This document shows positions 10,449 to 20,110 of a stretch of DNA of 64,000 nt, in pieces; within the stretch, counting starts at the first letter, position 1; the number at the start of each line of letters is the position of its first letter. The position numbers were made by a program, and so were the translations under genes. The notes under the pieces were generated by a model. It ran no database searches. It was not told the origin of the DNA and saw nothing but the letters and a program-made list of their open reading frames with translations. Origin of the DNA: Candidatus Babeliales bacterium (GTDB lineage: Bacteria > Babelota > Babeliae > Babelales > JANWKD01); NCBI GenBank assembly GCA_963722075.1, contig CAVRJM010000001.1, positions 288,001-352,000 of the forward strand. Reading direction: 5' to 3'.

Positions 10449-10787
10449 ATGAAAAAATTAATAGTAACAATTGTTCTTATGCCGGCATTATTGAGTGCGA
10501 TGCAAAAACTGCAAACGCCGCCTGCGAGCCCTAAAAAGAATGTACCTTTAGTAACGATTGGCGAATATCATAATCTTGTTCGAGCTTTTAAAAATGCGCA
10601 GACAATAGATGATATTAATGATGGGATCAATAGACTGAATGCATTAAAAATGGACGCTACAAATCAGGGACGGCAAAAGATCGCATATGATTGTGGAAGA
10701 ATGATTGGAAGATTGCAAAGTAGATCAAACAATGATTTGTTTGTTGATCAATTAAAAATGATATCTCTTCAGGAAAAGAAAAAATAG
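10449..10787 (+). CDS. Small secreted hypothetical protein
   Basis: AAAGGAA RBS; signal peptide ending LSA|MQK. Confidence 0.7.
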   Translation: MKKLIVTIVLMPALLSAMQKLQTPPASPKKNVPLVTIGEYHNLVRAFKNAQTIDDINDGINRLNALKMDATNQGRQKIAYDCGRMIGRLQSRSNNDLFVDQLKMISLQEKKK

Positions 10788-10808
10788 AAGTAATCATAGA
10801 AAAGAATT

Positions 10809-10837
10809 AAAAAAGCCAGAATTATTCTGGCTTTTTT
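10809..10837. terminator. Bidirectional intrinsic terminator
   Basis: AAAAAAGCCAGAAT-T-ATTCTGGCTTTTTT between convergent genes. Confidence 0.85.
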
Positions 10838-10838
10838 A

Positions 10839-11969
10839 TTACCCTAAAAATTTCTTAAAAAATCCCGCGATCGATCCATTGGTGGAATCACTAATTTGAG
10901 TGCCAATAAGTTCAGAATATTTCTTTAATGTATCTTTGGATTCAGCAGAAAGAGATGTTGGTATATGGCAAAGAATAGTGATAATTAAATCGCCTTTACC
11001 CTTGCTTCTAAGGCGAGCAAATCCTTTACCAGATATAGTAATTTTATGATTTACTGGCGTCCCCTTAGGAATCTTAATGGTTTCTTTGGTGCCATCGATG
11101 CTTTCAATTTCAACTTGGGAACCAAAAACTAACTCAGGATAGGTTACCATCACATTGCATTCTAAATTATCATTAAAGCGTTTAAATTTTTTATCTTCCT
11201 GTACATTGATCCGTACAAATAAGTCACCCGCCGGACCGCCAAATATCCCTGCGTCCCCTTTACCTGCCACACGCAAATCCGCTCCATCAAAAATACCGGC
11301 AGGAATGGTAACCTCAAAAGTATCTAGTTTTTGAATACGCGTTTGGCCCTTGCAATTTGTGCAGGGAGTAGGAATAGTAAATCCTTGGCCGCCACAGGTT
11401 GGACATGTTTGGCTAAAGCTAAAAAAGCCTTGGCGATAAAATTGTTGTCCAGTTCCTTGGCACGTGGTACAGGTTTCTACTGAAGTGCCTGGTTTTGCGC
11501 CTTTACCTGAGCAGACGTCACATACCACAAATCGATAATAACTAACTTCTTTTTTAGTTCCAATAAACGATTCTTTAAAACTGATAGTAATCTCTTTGTG
11601 AAGATCATGCCCGCGACGAGGCGTTGGGCCTGCCTTTTTACTACTTTTTTTTCTGCCGGCGCCGCCCCCAAATAAGGTTTCGAAGATATCGCCAAAATTC
11701 TCAAAGATATCCTCCATATTCATATCTTGGCCAAAGCCGCCCGTGCCGCCCATATCTGCAGTGCCGTATTGATCATACCGTTTACGCTTTTCGGGATCAG
11801 ATAACACGCTGTATGCTTCAGCAGCAGCCTTAAATTTTTCTTCAGCTTCTTTATTATCAGGATTTCTATCTGGATGGTATTTAAGCGCTAATTTTCGATA
11901 AGCGCTTTTTATTTCTTCAGGCGTTGCGCTTTTGGAAACGCCTAGTATTTCATAATAGTCTTGTTTCAT
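10839..11969 (-). CDS. dnaJ: Chaperone DnaJ
   Basis: J-domain with HPD, G/F region, four CxxCxGxG-type zinc-finger repeats, C-terminal domain. Confidence 0.98.
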   Translation of the reverse strand: MKQDYYEILGVSKSATPEEIKSAYRKLALKYHPDRNPDNKEAEEKFKAAAEAYSVLSDPEKRKRYDQYGTADMGGTGGFGQDMNMEDIFENFGDIFETLFGGGAGRKKSSKKAGPTPRRGHDLHKEITISFKESFIGTKKEVSYYRFVVCDVCSGKGAKPGTSVETCTTCQGTGQQFYRQGFFSFSQTCPTCGGQGFTIPTPCTNCKGQTRIQKLDTFEVTIPAGIFDGADLRVAGKGDAGIFGGPAGDLFVRINVQEDKKFKRFNDNLECNVMVTYPELVFGSQVEIESIDGTKETIKIPKGTPVNHKITISGKGFARLRSKGKGDLIITILCHIPTSLSAESKDTLKKYSELIGTQISDSTNGSIAGFFKKFLG

Positions 11970-12017
11970 AGTGAGTACAATATTTAATATATTTAAAGGT
12001 GAATTCTATCTAAGATT

Positions 12018-12110
12018 TGTCATTCTGAGGCCTTTAGGCCGTAGGAATCCAGTTATAAAATAAGGCTTTTATTTATTCACTGGATCCTTACGCTGACGCT
12101 CAGGATGACA
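12018..12110. repeat. REP/RPE-like palindromic element (GTCATTCTGAG/CTCAGGATGAC subtype)
   Basis: Inverted arms TGTCATTCTGAG...ATCCAGT and ACTGGATCC...CTCAGGATGACA; relatives at 28329 and 46555. Confidence 0.85.
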
Positions 12111-12196
12111 TTTTGAATAAATGAAAAAGAGTCAAAGGGAATCGGATTCCTATTATTAATTCTAGCAAGAAATACCAAATATGACAAACTGACCAA

Positions 12197-13849
12197 TTAC
12201 ATTTTTTCTGGTTTACTAAGGCCCAGTAAATCAAGGCATAAGCCAAAAGAGTTTTTGAGCAATAATGTATAGGCAAGCCGAGCACGGCTTAATGTTGGCG
12301 CTTCAAGGTTAATAATACGGTTTTTATTATAATAGCGATGAAATGCATGCGCCAAATCCATAACATAATAAGCGAGTAAATGAGTTTGATAGTTATTGCT
12401 GATCGAAATGAGTAATTCTTTAAGCTCGATAATTTTTTTAATTAAGGTAATTTCATCAGTATCAATTAGCGTTAAATCTTCTGCGGTAATGGTGTGTAGT
12501 TCAGGATTAAGGCTTGCTTTTTGTAAAATACTATTAATGCGAACATAGGCATATTGGATATAATAAACGGGATTTTCTTCTGTTTTCTTGAGCGCAAGCT
12601 CAATATCAAAATCTAAATGGGCATCCGCTTTGCGATGCAAATAAAAGAATCGTGCGACATCTTTTCCTACTGTTTCAATAACTTCTGCTAAATCTACTAT
12701 AGTGCCAGCACGTTTGGACATTCGTAATTGTTGGCCACCTTCTTTAATTGAAACCAGTTGATATAAAATAATTGCTAAATTATCGCCTGAATGCCCTAAA
12801 GCATTCATGATTGCTTGCATGCGGTTGCCGTAGCTATGGTGATCCTGCCCGAGTACCATGATAATTTTAGTAAACCCGCGCTGTAATTTATTTTGTAGAT
12901 ATGCAATATCAGCAGCAATATAGGTATATTGGCCATTAGCGCGCTGTAAGACGCGATCTTTATCATCGCCAAACTGCGTGGAAGTAAACCAGATTGCATT
13001 TTCTTGTTTATAGGTGAACTGTTTTTTTTCAAGCGTTTGAACCGCTTGTTCTACCAATTTATCGTCATGCAATGTTTTTTCTGAGAACCATACATCAAAA
13101 TTAATACCGTAATTGGATAATGTTTGTTTTATAGCAGTTAATAAGCGGTTTTGAGCGAATTGCGCAAAAATGATATCCGGTTGCGTAAGACTGTTGGGTC
13201 CAAATTCTTTTATAAAATCGTGCGCGAGCCCTTTTAAATAATCGCCATGATACGCATCTTCGGGTAATTCTATTACATGGCCCAATGCTTGCTGAACGCG
13301 AATTTTTAGTGAAAGACCTAATTTTTCTATTTGAGACCCGGCATCATTAATATAAAATTCTTTTACCGCATTATGCCCCAAGAAGGTTACAACATTGCCT
13401 AATACATCGCCTATTATGCCGCCACGTCCGTGCCCCAAATGCAAGGGTCCGGTGGGATTAGCGCTGACAAATTCTATGGAAATATGTTCTTTTTTATCCT
13501 GATTATCCAATTTAAAATAATTGGTTTTCTTTTCAAAGAGTTCTTGTGCAGTGGTGGTAAAAAATGATGGAAATAAAAACAGATTTAAAAATCCTGGCCC
13601 AGCGCGTTCTATGCGCTCTACTGCAGGGCTATTAAACTGTCCAATAATTTGTTGAGCAATGGCTACGGGATTGCTTTTAGCTGCTTTTGCTATTACTAAA
13701 GCCGCATTAGAACTTATATCACCAAAGGCCTGCTTTTCCGGGTCACTATTGAGGGTAAAGGTTATGGTATTTAACTGCGGGGCAGTAAGGTTAAATGTGG
13801 TACTTAAAAAATGGTAGAAGGAGTTTTTTAATTGTTCAAAGGTATTCAT
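12197..13849 (-). CDS. argS: Arginine--tRNA ligase
   Basis: EFVSANPTGPLHLGHGR (HIGH motif), MSKRAG, NPVYYIQYAYVRI, C-terminal PEKM. Confidence 0.98.
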   Translation of the reverse strand: MNTFEQLKNSFYHFLSTTFNLTAPQLNTITFTLNSDPEKQAFGDISSNAALVIAKAAKSNPVAIAQQIIGQFNSPAVERIERAGPGFLNLFLFPSFFTTTAQELFEKKTNYFKLDNQDKKEHISIEFVSANPTGPLHLGHGRGGIIGDVLGNVVTFLGHNAVKEFYINDAGSQIEKLGLSLKIRVQQALGHVIELPEDAYHGDYLKGLAHDFIKEFGPNSLTQPDIIFAQFAQNRLLTAIKQTLSNYGINFDVWFSEKTLHDDKLVEQAVQTLEKKQFTYKQENAIWFTSTQFGDDKDRVLQRANGQYTYIAADIAYLQNKLQRGFTKIIMVLGQDHHSYGNRMQAIMNALGHSGDNLAIILYQLVSIKEGGQQLRMSKRAGTIVDLAEVIETVGKDVARFFYLHRKADAHLDFDIELALKKTEENPVYYIQYAYVRINSILQKASLNPELHTITAEDLTLIDTDEITLIKKIIELKELLISISNNYQTHLLAYYVMDLAHAFHRYYNKNRIINLEAPTLSRARLAYTLLLKNSFGLCLDLLGLSKPEKM

Positions 13850-13930
13850 ATTTTTATTACTTTATGAAATTTTACATTTTTCTCAGACATAAACGATAAT
13901 CTTGAGAAGATGTACTATTCTGAAAAAATA

Positions 13931-14013
13931 TGTCATCCCGAGCTTGCGTGGGGATCCAGGCTAATATTAAATCATTATTTAATCTGGATTGCTTCGGCAG
14001 GCTCGCAACGACG
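13931..14013. repeat. REP/RPE-like palindromic element (hybrid subtype)
   Basis: TGTCATCCCGAGC...GGGATCCAGG and CTGGATTGCTTCG...CTCGCAACGACG; reverse-complement sibling of 45806-45885. Confidence 0.85.
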
Positions 14014-14135
14014 GCTATCTAAATTCTATATTTTATAAGCTAAAGTTTAGCATATCATATTCAGCGAAATTTAATAAAATTTATATTTTAATGATATCGG
14101 ATTATACATGGTTCAATATTTATTTATTATTACTA

Positions 14136-14960
14136 TTACATAATACCAAGCAAGTGTAAATCCGCTATGGTTTGTGGTACTGATTTAAATTGAATACCAA
14201 TAAGTCCTTTTTTTGCGGCATTAATAATATTTTTGTATTTATCATCAATAAAAACTAAATGGTTTGCATGGTATCCTTTTTTATTAAGATCTTCTTTAAA
14301 TCGTTTGAAATATTTTTTCTTTGGCTTTTTTATCAGTGATTGGGGGGGAACTGCCGTTTCATCAACCCCATAATCGCTGGTGTACACAAAAATATATGTT
14401 GAAAAATCAGGTATTATATGCTGTTTTACAAACCGGTTAAAAGAAACACTGGATTGATTAGTAGCTATGGCGATCGAATACCCTTGTTGGTGTAATTTTT
14501 TTAATAAAGCAATGGTATCTTGTTTTGGTGTGGCATCATAGATCATTACTTTTAGCTGCTCAGCAATGCTCACCCCTGACTTTGTTTGTTGTTGTAAATC
14601 AGGATAATGATTCACTAACCAATCAATAAAGCGCTCACCATTGTATATTTTGAGTTGTTTTTTTAAAAGTGAACGGTCATAAAGCACGCGGGCTGCAATT
14701 TTGAAGAGTGCTAATTTATGAGTTGCATCACAAAATATTGATAATAAATGGTTGCTCATTTTGTATATGCTATTTAAATGAGTTAATGATGCAATAGGGC
14801 GGTCAAGTAAAACGCCGTCAACATCAAAAACAATAATGGTGTTGTGTGGATTAAATGAATGGTTGCTATCTATTTTTTTATCGGTAGGCCACTGTATGGC
14901 AGCTTGCAGTGCATACATAATTATAAAGCAAAAATAGAATATAAAATATTGTTGTCTCAT
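14136..14960 (-). CDS. HAD-superfamily phosphatase with N-terminal signal peptide
   Basis: Motifs DVDGVL, ATN, KP, FIDD; hydrophobic N-terminus ending ALQA. Confidence 0.85.
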   Translation of the reverse strand: MRQQYFIFYFCFIIMYALQAAIQWPTDKKIDSNHSFNPHNTIIVFDVDGVLLDRPIASLTHLNSIYKMSNHLLSIFCDATHKLALFKIAARVLYDRSLLKKQLKIYNGERFIDWLVNHYPDLQQQTKSGVSIAEQLKVMIYDATPKQDTIALLKKLHQQGYSIAIATNQSSVSFNRFVKQHIIPDFSTYIFVYTSDYGVDETAVPPQSLIKKPKKKYFKRFKEDLNKKGYHANHLVFIDDKYKNIINAAKKGLIGIQFKSVPQTIADLHLLGIM

Positions 14961-14969
14961 ATATTCCTT

Positions 14970-15950
14970 TTAAAATGATAATCGTAATTGCCCTGGTGGC
15001 TGAGATCGATAATAGTTGCCTACGTGTTTTATACCAAATTCTGCCGTAAAAATATCTTTTTTAAAATGTGCAGGTAATGGCGGGTATGGGCTTGCTGCTC
15101 GAATTCCTTGTATGATTGCTTCATCAATCTGATTATTGCCACAGCTTTGTATGATTGAAGCTTGTTGTACAACGCCATCTTTATTAATGGTTACAGAAAC
15201 CCCGGTAATAACCAGCGGCGGCACTTGTGAGTTCATTAAGGTTTGATTACGTCGCCATTCATTTTGCATATACCAAATAATTTTATGCATATAGCTTAAA
15301 TAGCGCATCTCTTCAAAATCTGGACGAATATTTTCATTGCCTTTGCGCTCCATGAGATCATTGCCCCCCTCATTAAGCGAATTTAAAAATCCGCGGGCTA
15401 AATCATTAAACTGTAGCTCTTTTTGTATTGGCCCTTTTGTTTTTTTAGGAGAATCGCTTTGTTGGGTTGGCGGTTGTTCTTGTTTTGCTTGTTTAGAGAA
15501 TGAAGCTTCTACTTGTTTGATGGTAATAGGGTCTGTTATTGGTTTTTGAATGGATTGTTCAGCTTGTACGCTGGTATTCATAATCGGTGTTTCTTGTGGG
15601 GGTGGAGCTTGTTGCATTGGTTCTTCTGATGGTGCATCTTGCGGATCTGGTGGAATGGCTGCTTCAAAATAATCTTCTTCTTTAAAATCCTCTGGGATGC
15701 CCAATTGAGAAGCTCCCGGCTTTAAGGCGGCAACTTCGTGGGGATCAGGTGGCGGCGGGGGAGGGGGTTTTGGCATTTCTTCAAAAACCACGGGGGCACT
15801 GGCCGAATCAGTGAGAGTATGCCAAGGGCGATAATCAGTAGTGATTAAAAAAAGGATAACCAGGAAAAGCAGATTAACGCATAGAGCTATAAGTAAAAAT
15901 AGCCATAAATAGCGGTTTTTTTGGTCAATTTCTGACTTATAACTGCTCAT
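14970..15950 (-). CDS. TonB/TolA-family energy transducer
   Basis: Single N-terminal TM helix, poly-Pro linker, C-terminal INKDG...SCGN..IDEA...IRAASPYPPLP. Confidence 0.8.
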   Translation of the reverse strand: MSSYKSEIDQKNRYLWLFLLIALCVNLLFLVILFLITTDYRPWHTLTDSASAPVVFEEMPKPPPPPPPDPHEVAALKPGASQLGIPEDFKEEDYFEAAIPPDPQDAPSEEPMQQAPPPQETPIMNTSVQAEQSIQKPITDPITIKQVEASFSKQAKQEQPPTQQSDSPKKTKGPIQKELQFNDLARGFLNSLNEGGNDLMERKGNENIRPDFEEMRYLSYMHKIIWYMQNEWRRNQTLMNSQVPPLVITGVSVTINKDGVVQQASIIQSCGNNQIDEAIIQGIRAASPYPPLPAHFKKDIFTAEFGIKHVGNYYRSQPPGQLRLSF

Positions 15951-16046
15951 ATATAATCCTTCTTTTTAACGCTCTTTATAGGATACCTAATAATATAAAT
16001 AAGAGTAAATAAGCTGAAATAATCTCTTTTGAACCTGTAGATTTAA

Positions 16047-16074
16047 TTGACAAATACGAAATTTTATTTATACT
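16047..16074 (+). promoter_or_regulatory. Sigma70-type promoter for the J-domain array
   Basis: TTGACA (16047-16052), 16 bp spacer, TATACT (16069-16074). Confidence 0.6.
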
Positions 16075-16119
16075 AATAAGTAACTATAAATGATCTCAGA
16101 TATTTTAGGGAATAATTAT

Positions 16120-18105
16120 ATGAAAATTAAACTATTATTAGGTATCGCCTTGATGACATTGTCATTGAAGGGGATGCAAGAATCGGATAGAAGTCTTTAT
16201 TTCTATTTTGGATCAAATCCATCAGTTAAAACTGACGATATAAAAACTATCTATGAAAGTATGGCTGCTGTTTATAATCCAGCTAATTATGAGCAAAGTC
16301 CCATAAAGGCGTCAATGCATAAAGAACAAGCAGCAGAATACTTCAGTAAAATGAGCGAAGCATATGAAATCTTATCAGATGTAACAGCTCGCGCCATGTA
16401 TGATGTTTTTGGATTGGAGCGTGCGAAAGCATTTTTAATCAGAAGAGAAGGTTTATTAGCTGGTATTAAAGAAGGAACTGAAGCGTTAAAAGGTCTTATT
16501 ACTCATTGTCATATCCCACAATACTATGAACAATTAAGGACATATCATGAAAAATTATGCACGTTTTGGATTACTGAAATGGCGGGTAGCGATATTGCAA
16601 CTGAGCTCAAACGGGCTGTAGTTAATGCAACATATATGGTTATTCAATTTTTTCATACCAATTATGCACAAAATAAAAATGGTGCTGAAATAATTAAATA
16701 TATCGATCTAGCATTAAATTATGCGAATGATCTTCCTTTAAATGATGCACAGGATCTTACTATTGCTGAAGAGCTTATTCAATTAAGAAATCAGTATCTC
16801 GCTATAGAGCGTGGATCTGGAAGCAATGTAAGTGCTGCGTCTTCTTCATTACCATCAGTAATGGTTGTAAAAAGACCTTTAATAGATAAAAAAAATAAAA
16901 ACAATGCAGTAAAGCGTCTCAAAGGGGCTGATAAATCGCCTCAAAGAAATCCACCAGCTTCTAAAGAAAATGAAGAATTTGAAAGACAAGTTGAGCAGGT
17001 AGGGGAATATCTAAAGGGAAAATCTTTTTTTACTACTACTGGCACTGATGGTCTTACGGTAGAAGAATTTTATACCGAAATTAGTAAGAGATTAGTATTT
17101 ATAAATGATTTACCAAAGAGTATTTCATTAGATAATAAAAAAAAATGTGAGGATTTATTTTTAGACCTTATTAAACGAGCGTTAGATCTGTTGCGATATC
17201 AGTATCGTGAATTTAGATCAGATGCCCATAATCAAGAGGATGCTTATAAATTAGGCATAACATTATGTGAATTTGGTGCAAGGATGGTAAATCATGCAGA
17301 CTTACAATGTTATACTGATTTTTTTAAGGTACGAGAAAAAAACAAAAACGAGCGGGAAGCGGCGATAGAGAAATTTGATAAAGACCTAAAAGCTAATCAA
17401 AAATCTAGCCGAGAATTAACTAGATATATGGGATTAGAGTATTTAAATGATTTATATATTGATGCTATTTCTCCACAGTACCAGAATAAAGCATTAAAAC
17501 ATTTTTATAAGGTCATTAATCGACTATTAAAAGAAAAAAAACCGAAATGGGTAGCCAAAAGGATTTTCCAAAGAGCTCTCATGTTCAAATGGACCGATTG
17601 TTCAAAACATATAGCTGAAAGCGGTATTTTTAGAAAATTTAATAAAATTATTGCTCTTGCTGATAAATTATTTGTTTCAGATTCTGATTTGTTGCGAGAT
17701 TTTTGCAAAGGAATGAAAGAAGAATTAGATGCAGATATACCAGAATCTATTCGGAATGTTAAACAACGTATTATTAATTCTTCCAAAAAAATAAAAAAAT
17801 GGATGACAGATCCTCGGGGTCGCGTCTGCATAAAAACTGCGCAAGGCATACACTCCATTAGTGCTTCTTTAAGTATTAATAGAGATGAAAATAATGAAGA
17901 ACAAGTTTCAATTTTTATAGAATTAATTATTACCTGCATTAATAAGTTAAATAATCTATACCAACAAAATGATGCAATAGAATTGATTGATCATCTATTA
18001 ACAAATTCCATCTTTGCATCTGGCATAGTTATTAGACAATCGATTATAGACACATTTATTGATTTGAAAAAACAAATTATGGAGGAAAAGAAAAATGAAA
18101 ATTAA
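16120..18105 (+). CDS. Secreted pseudo-J-domain protein with bipartite NLS (array member 1)
   Basis: Start re-called at MKIKLL to match paralogs; YNPANY in place of HPD, then EAYEILSD and RAMYDVFG; KRP-...-KRLK. Confidence 0.8.
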   Translation: MKIKLLLGIALMTLSLKGMQESDRSLYFYFGSNPSVKTDDIKTIYESMAAVYNPANYEQSPIKASMHKEQAAEYFSKMSEAYEILSDVTARAMYDVFGLERAKAFLIRREGLLAGIKEGTEALKGLITHCHIPQYYEQLRTYHEKLCTFWITEMAGSDIATELKRAVVNATYMVIQFFHTNYAQNKNGAEIIKYIDLALNYANDLPLNDAQDLTIAEELIQLRNQYLAIERGSGSNVSAASSSLPSVMVVKRPLIDKKNKNNAVKRLKGADKSPQRNPPASKENEEFERQVEQVGEYLKGKSFFTTTGTDGLTVEEFYTEISKRLVFINDLPKSISLDNKKKCEDLFLDLIKRALDLLRYQYREFRSDAHNQEDAYKLGITLCEFGARMVNHADLQCYTDFFKVREKNKNEREAAIEKFDKDLKANQKSSRELTRYMGLEYLNDLYIDAISPQYQNKALKHFYKVINRLLKEKKPKWVAKRIFQRALMFKWTDCSKHIAESGIFRKFNKIIALADKLFVSDSDLLRDFCKGMKEELDADIPESIRNVKQRIINSSKKIKKWMTDPRGRVCIKTAQGIHSISASLSINRDENNEEQVSIFIELIITCINKLNNLYQQNDAIELIDHLLTNSIFASGIVIRQSIIDTFIDLKKQIMEEKKNEN

Positions 18106-20110
18106 ACTATTATTATCAATTCCGTTTATAGTTCTTTCTTTAAAGGGGATGCAACCATCGGATATAAGTCTTTATTTCTACTTTGGATCAAATCCAACAA
18201 TAAGCACTGACGATATAAAAACTATCTATGAAACTATGGCTCCTGTTTATAATCCGGCTAATTATGAGCAAAGTCCGGTAAAAGCTTTAATGCATAAAGA
18301 ACAAGCAGCAGAATACTTCAGTAAAATGAGCGAAGCATACGAAATTTTAAGAGATCAAACCCTGCGTCCAATGTACGATATTTTTGGGTTAAGTCGGGTG
18401 AGGGATTTTTTAAATAGAAAAAAAGATTTATTAGATGGTATAAAAAAAGGAACTGAAGCGTTAAATGGGTTTATTACTTATTGTCATATGCCACAATATC
18501 GTGAACAAATAAAACCGTATCATGAAAAATTATGCGTATATTGGATCCAACAATTAAATGATTGGTTAAATACTGATGTTGTACCCGAGCTACAGCGGGC
18601 CGTTGTCACTACAACATATAACGTTATTCAATTTCTTCACAGCAATAATCAGGTGCAAAATAGTGCTGAAATAATTAAATATATTGATCTAGCATTAAAT
18701 TATGTGAGAGAACTTCTTCCTTTAAATGATGCGCAAGATTCTATTATAGCCCAAGAGCTTACCCAATTAAGAAATCAGTATCAATCTACCCAAAGTTCGG
18801 GATCTGGTTCTGGGTGCCAAGAAAATATAGAAGCGGGAACAATTGGAACAAAAAGACCTTTTGTGTCAATAGATGACAAACATAGAGTAAATAATGCAGT
18901 AAAGCGACTAAGGGAGTCTTCTAACGAATTACGCAACGAAAGGGAAGCAGCTTATAGAAGAGCAAAGGAAATTGAAAAAGAAGTTGAGCAGATCCGAAAA
19001 TATGTGGAAGAAAAATCTTATTTTACTACAGATGGAACCAATGGGCTTACCGTAGAAGAATTTTACACTGAAATTACTAAGCGGTTAACCTTTATGAGAG
19101 ACTTTCCAGAAGGTATGAGTCAGTATATTAGATCAAAATGCGATAAGTTATTTTCAGGGCTTATTATTCAAGTCGTTGATTTGTTGAGAGATCAGTTTCA
19201 TTTATTTAAATCTGATGCACAAAATCAAGATAATGCTTATACATTGGGTGCGGCATTATACCATTTTGGTAAAGATCAGGTAACATATGATTCTTATGAA
19301 TTTCACGATTTAAGACGTGCTCTTTATTCATTTAATTATAACTACTCGCAACAAGCACGAAGATCGCTGGGAGAGCAAATAGAGAAACTTGATAAGGCTT
19401 TAAAAGATAAAGAAAAATCTGCCCTAGAATTAGCTAAGATACTTATAAATAGGTGTAAGTATGTTCATACCCTTGCTCCTCACTATCAAAATAAAGCATT
19501 AAAACAATTTTATAAGATTGCTAAACGAATGCTCGATGAAAATGAATCAGAGTATTCTGTATTGGTAGCAAAACAACTGATGTATATGGCAGCAGCTAAA
19601 TTGAAATGGGTTGATTGTTCACAAAATATAACGTTGAGTGGTATTTATAGGAAATTTAAAAAAATTAATTCTCTTTTTGAAAAATCATTTATTCCTGACA
19701 TGCGAGAAATGCGTGAATTTTGTAATGCAATGAAAGAGAAATTAAATACAGATGATGCAGAATCTATAACTACGGTTAAACAAACTATTATTAGCTCTTC
19801 GGTTAAATTTAAAAAACTAACAAATATTTTTAGTAGTAATCTAAAAATTCAACGAGGTTTACATACCCTTCGCGGTTATATGGGGCCATCTGAAAGGGCT
19901 CAATCGCAAACACCTTTTACTACTTTTATCGCATTGCTTTCTAATTGTGTTCAAAAGTTAATTAAGTCTGATCAACAAAATGACGCTTTGGAATTGATTG
20001 AGAACATATTAAAATACCCAGTATTACAATACTCAATTAGCCAACCGACTAAAGAACAATTCCTTGATTTAAAAAAACAAATTATGGGGGAAAAGAAAAA
20101 TGAAAATTAA
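18095..20110 (+). CDS. Secreted pseudo-J-domain protein with bipartite NLS (array member 2)
   Basis: Alignable to member 1 over its full length; YNPANY; KRP-...-KRLR. Confidence 0.8.
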   Translation: MKIKLLLSIPFIVLSLKGMQPSDISLYFYFGSNPTISTDDIKTIYETMAPVYNPANYEQSPVKALMHKEQAAEYFSKMSEAYEILRDQTLRPMYDIFGLSRVRDFLNRKKDLLDGIKKGTEALNGFITYCHMPQYREQIKPYHEKLCVYWIQQLNDWLNTDVVPELQRAVVTTTYNVIQFLHSNNQVQNSAEIIKYIDLALNYVRELLPLNDAQDSIIAQELTQLRNQYQSTQSSGSGSGCQENIEAGTIGTKRPFVSIDDKHRVNNAVKRLRESSNELRNEREAAYRRAKEIEKEVEQIRKYVEEKSYFTTDGTNGLTVEEFYTEITKRLTFMRDFPEGMSQYIRSKCDKLFSGLIIQVVDLLRDQFHLFKSDAQNQDNAYTLGAALYHFGKDQVTYDSYEFHDLRRALYSFNYNYSQQARRSLGEQIEKLDKALKDKEKSALELAKILINRCKYVHTLAPHYQNKALKQFYKIAKRMLDENESEYSVLVAKQLMYMAAAKLKWVDCSQNITLSGIYRKFKKINSLFEKSFIPDMREMREFCNAMKEKLNTDDAESITTVKQTIISSSVKFKKLTNIFSSNLKIQRGLHTLRGYMGPSERAQSQTPFTTFIALLSNCVQKLIKSDQQNDALELIENILKYPVLQYSISQPTKEQFLDLKKQIMGEKKNEN

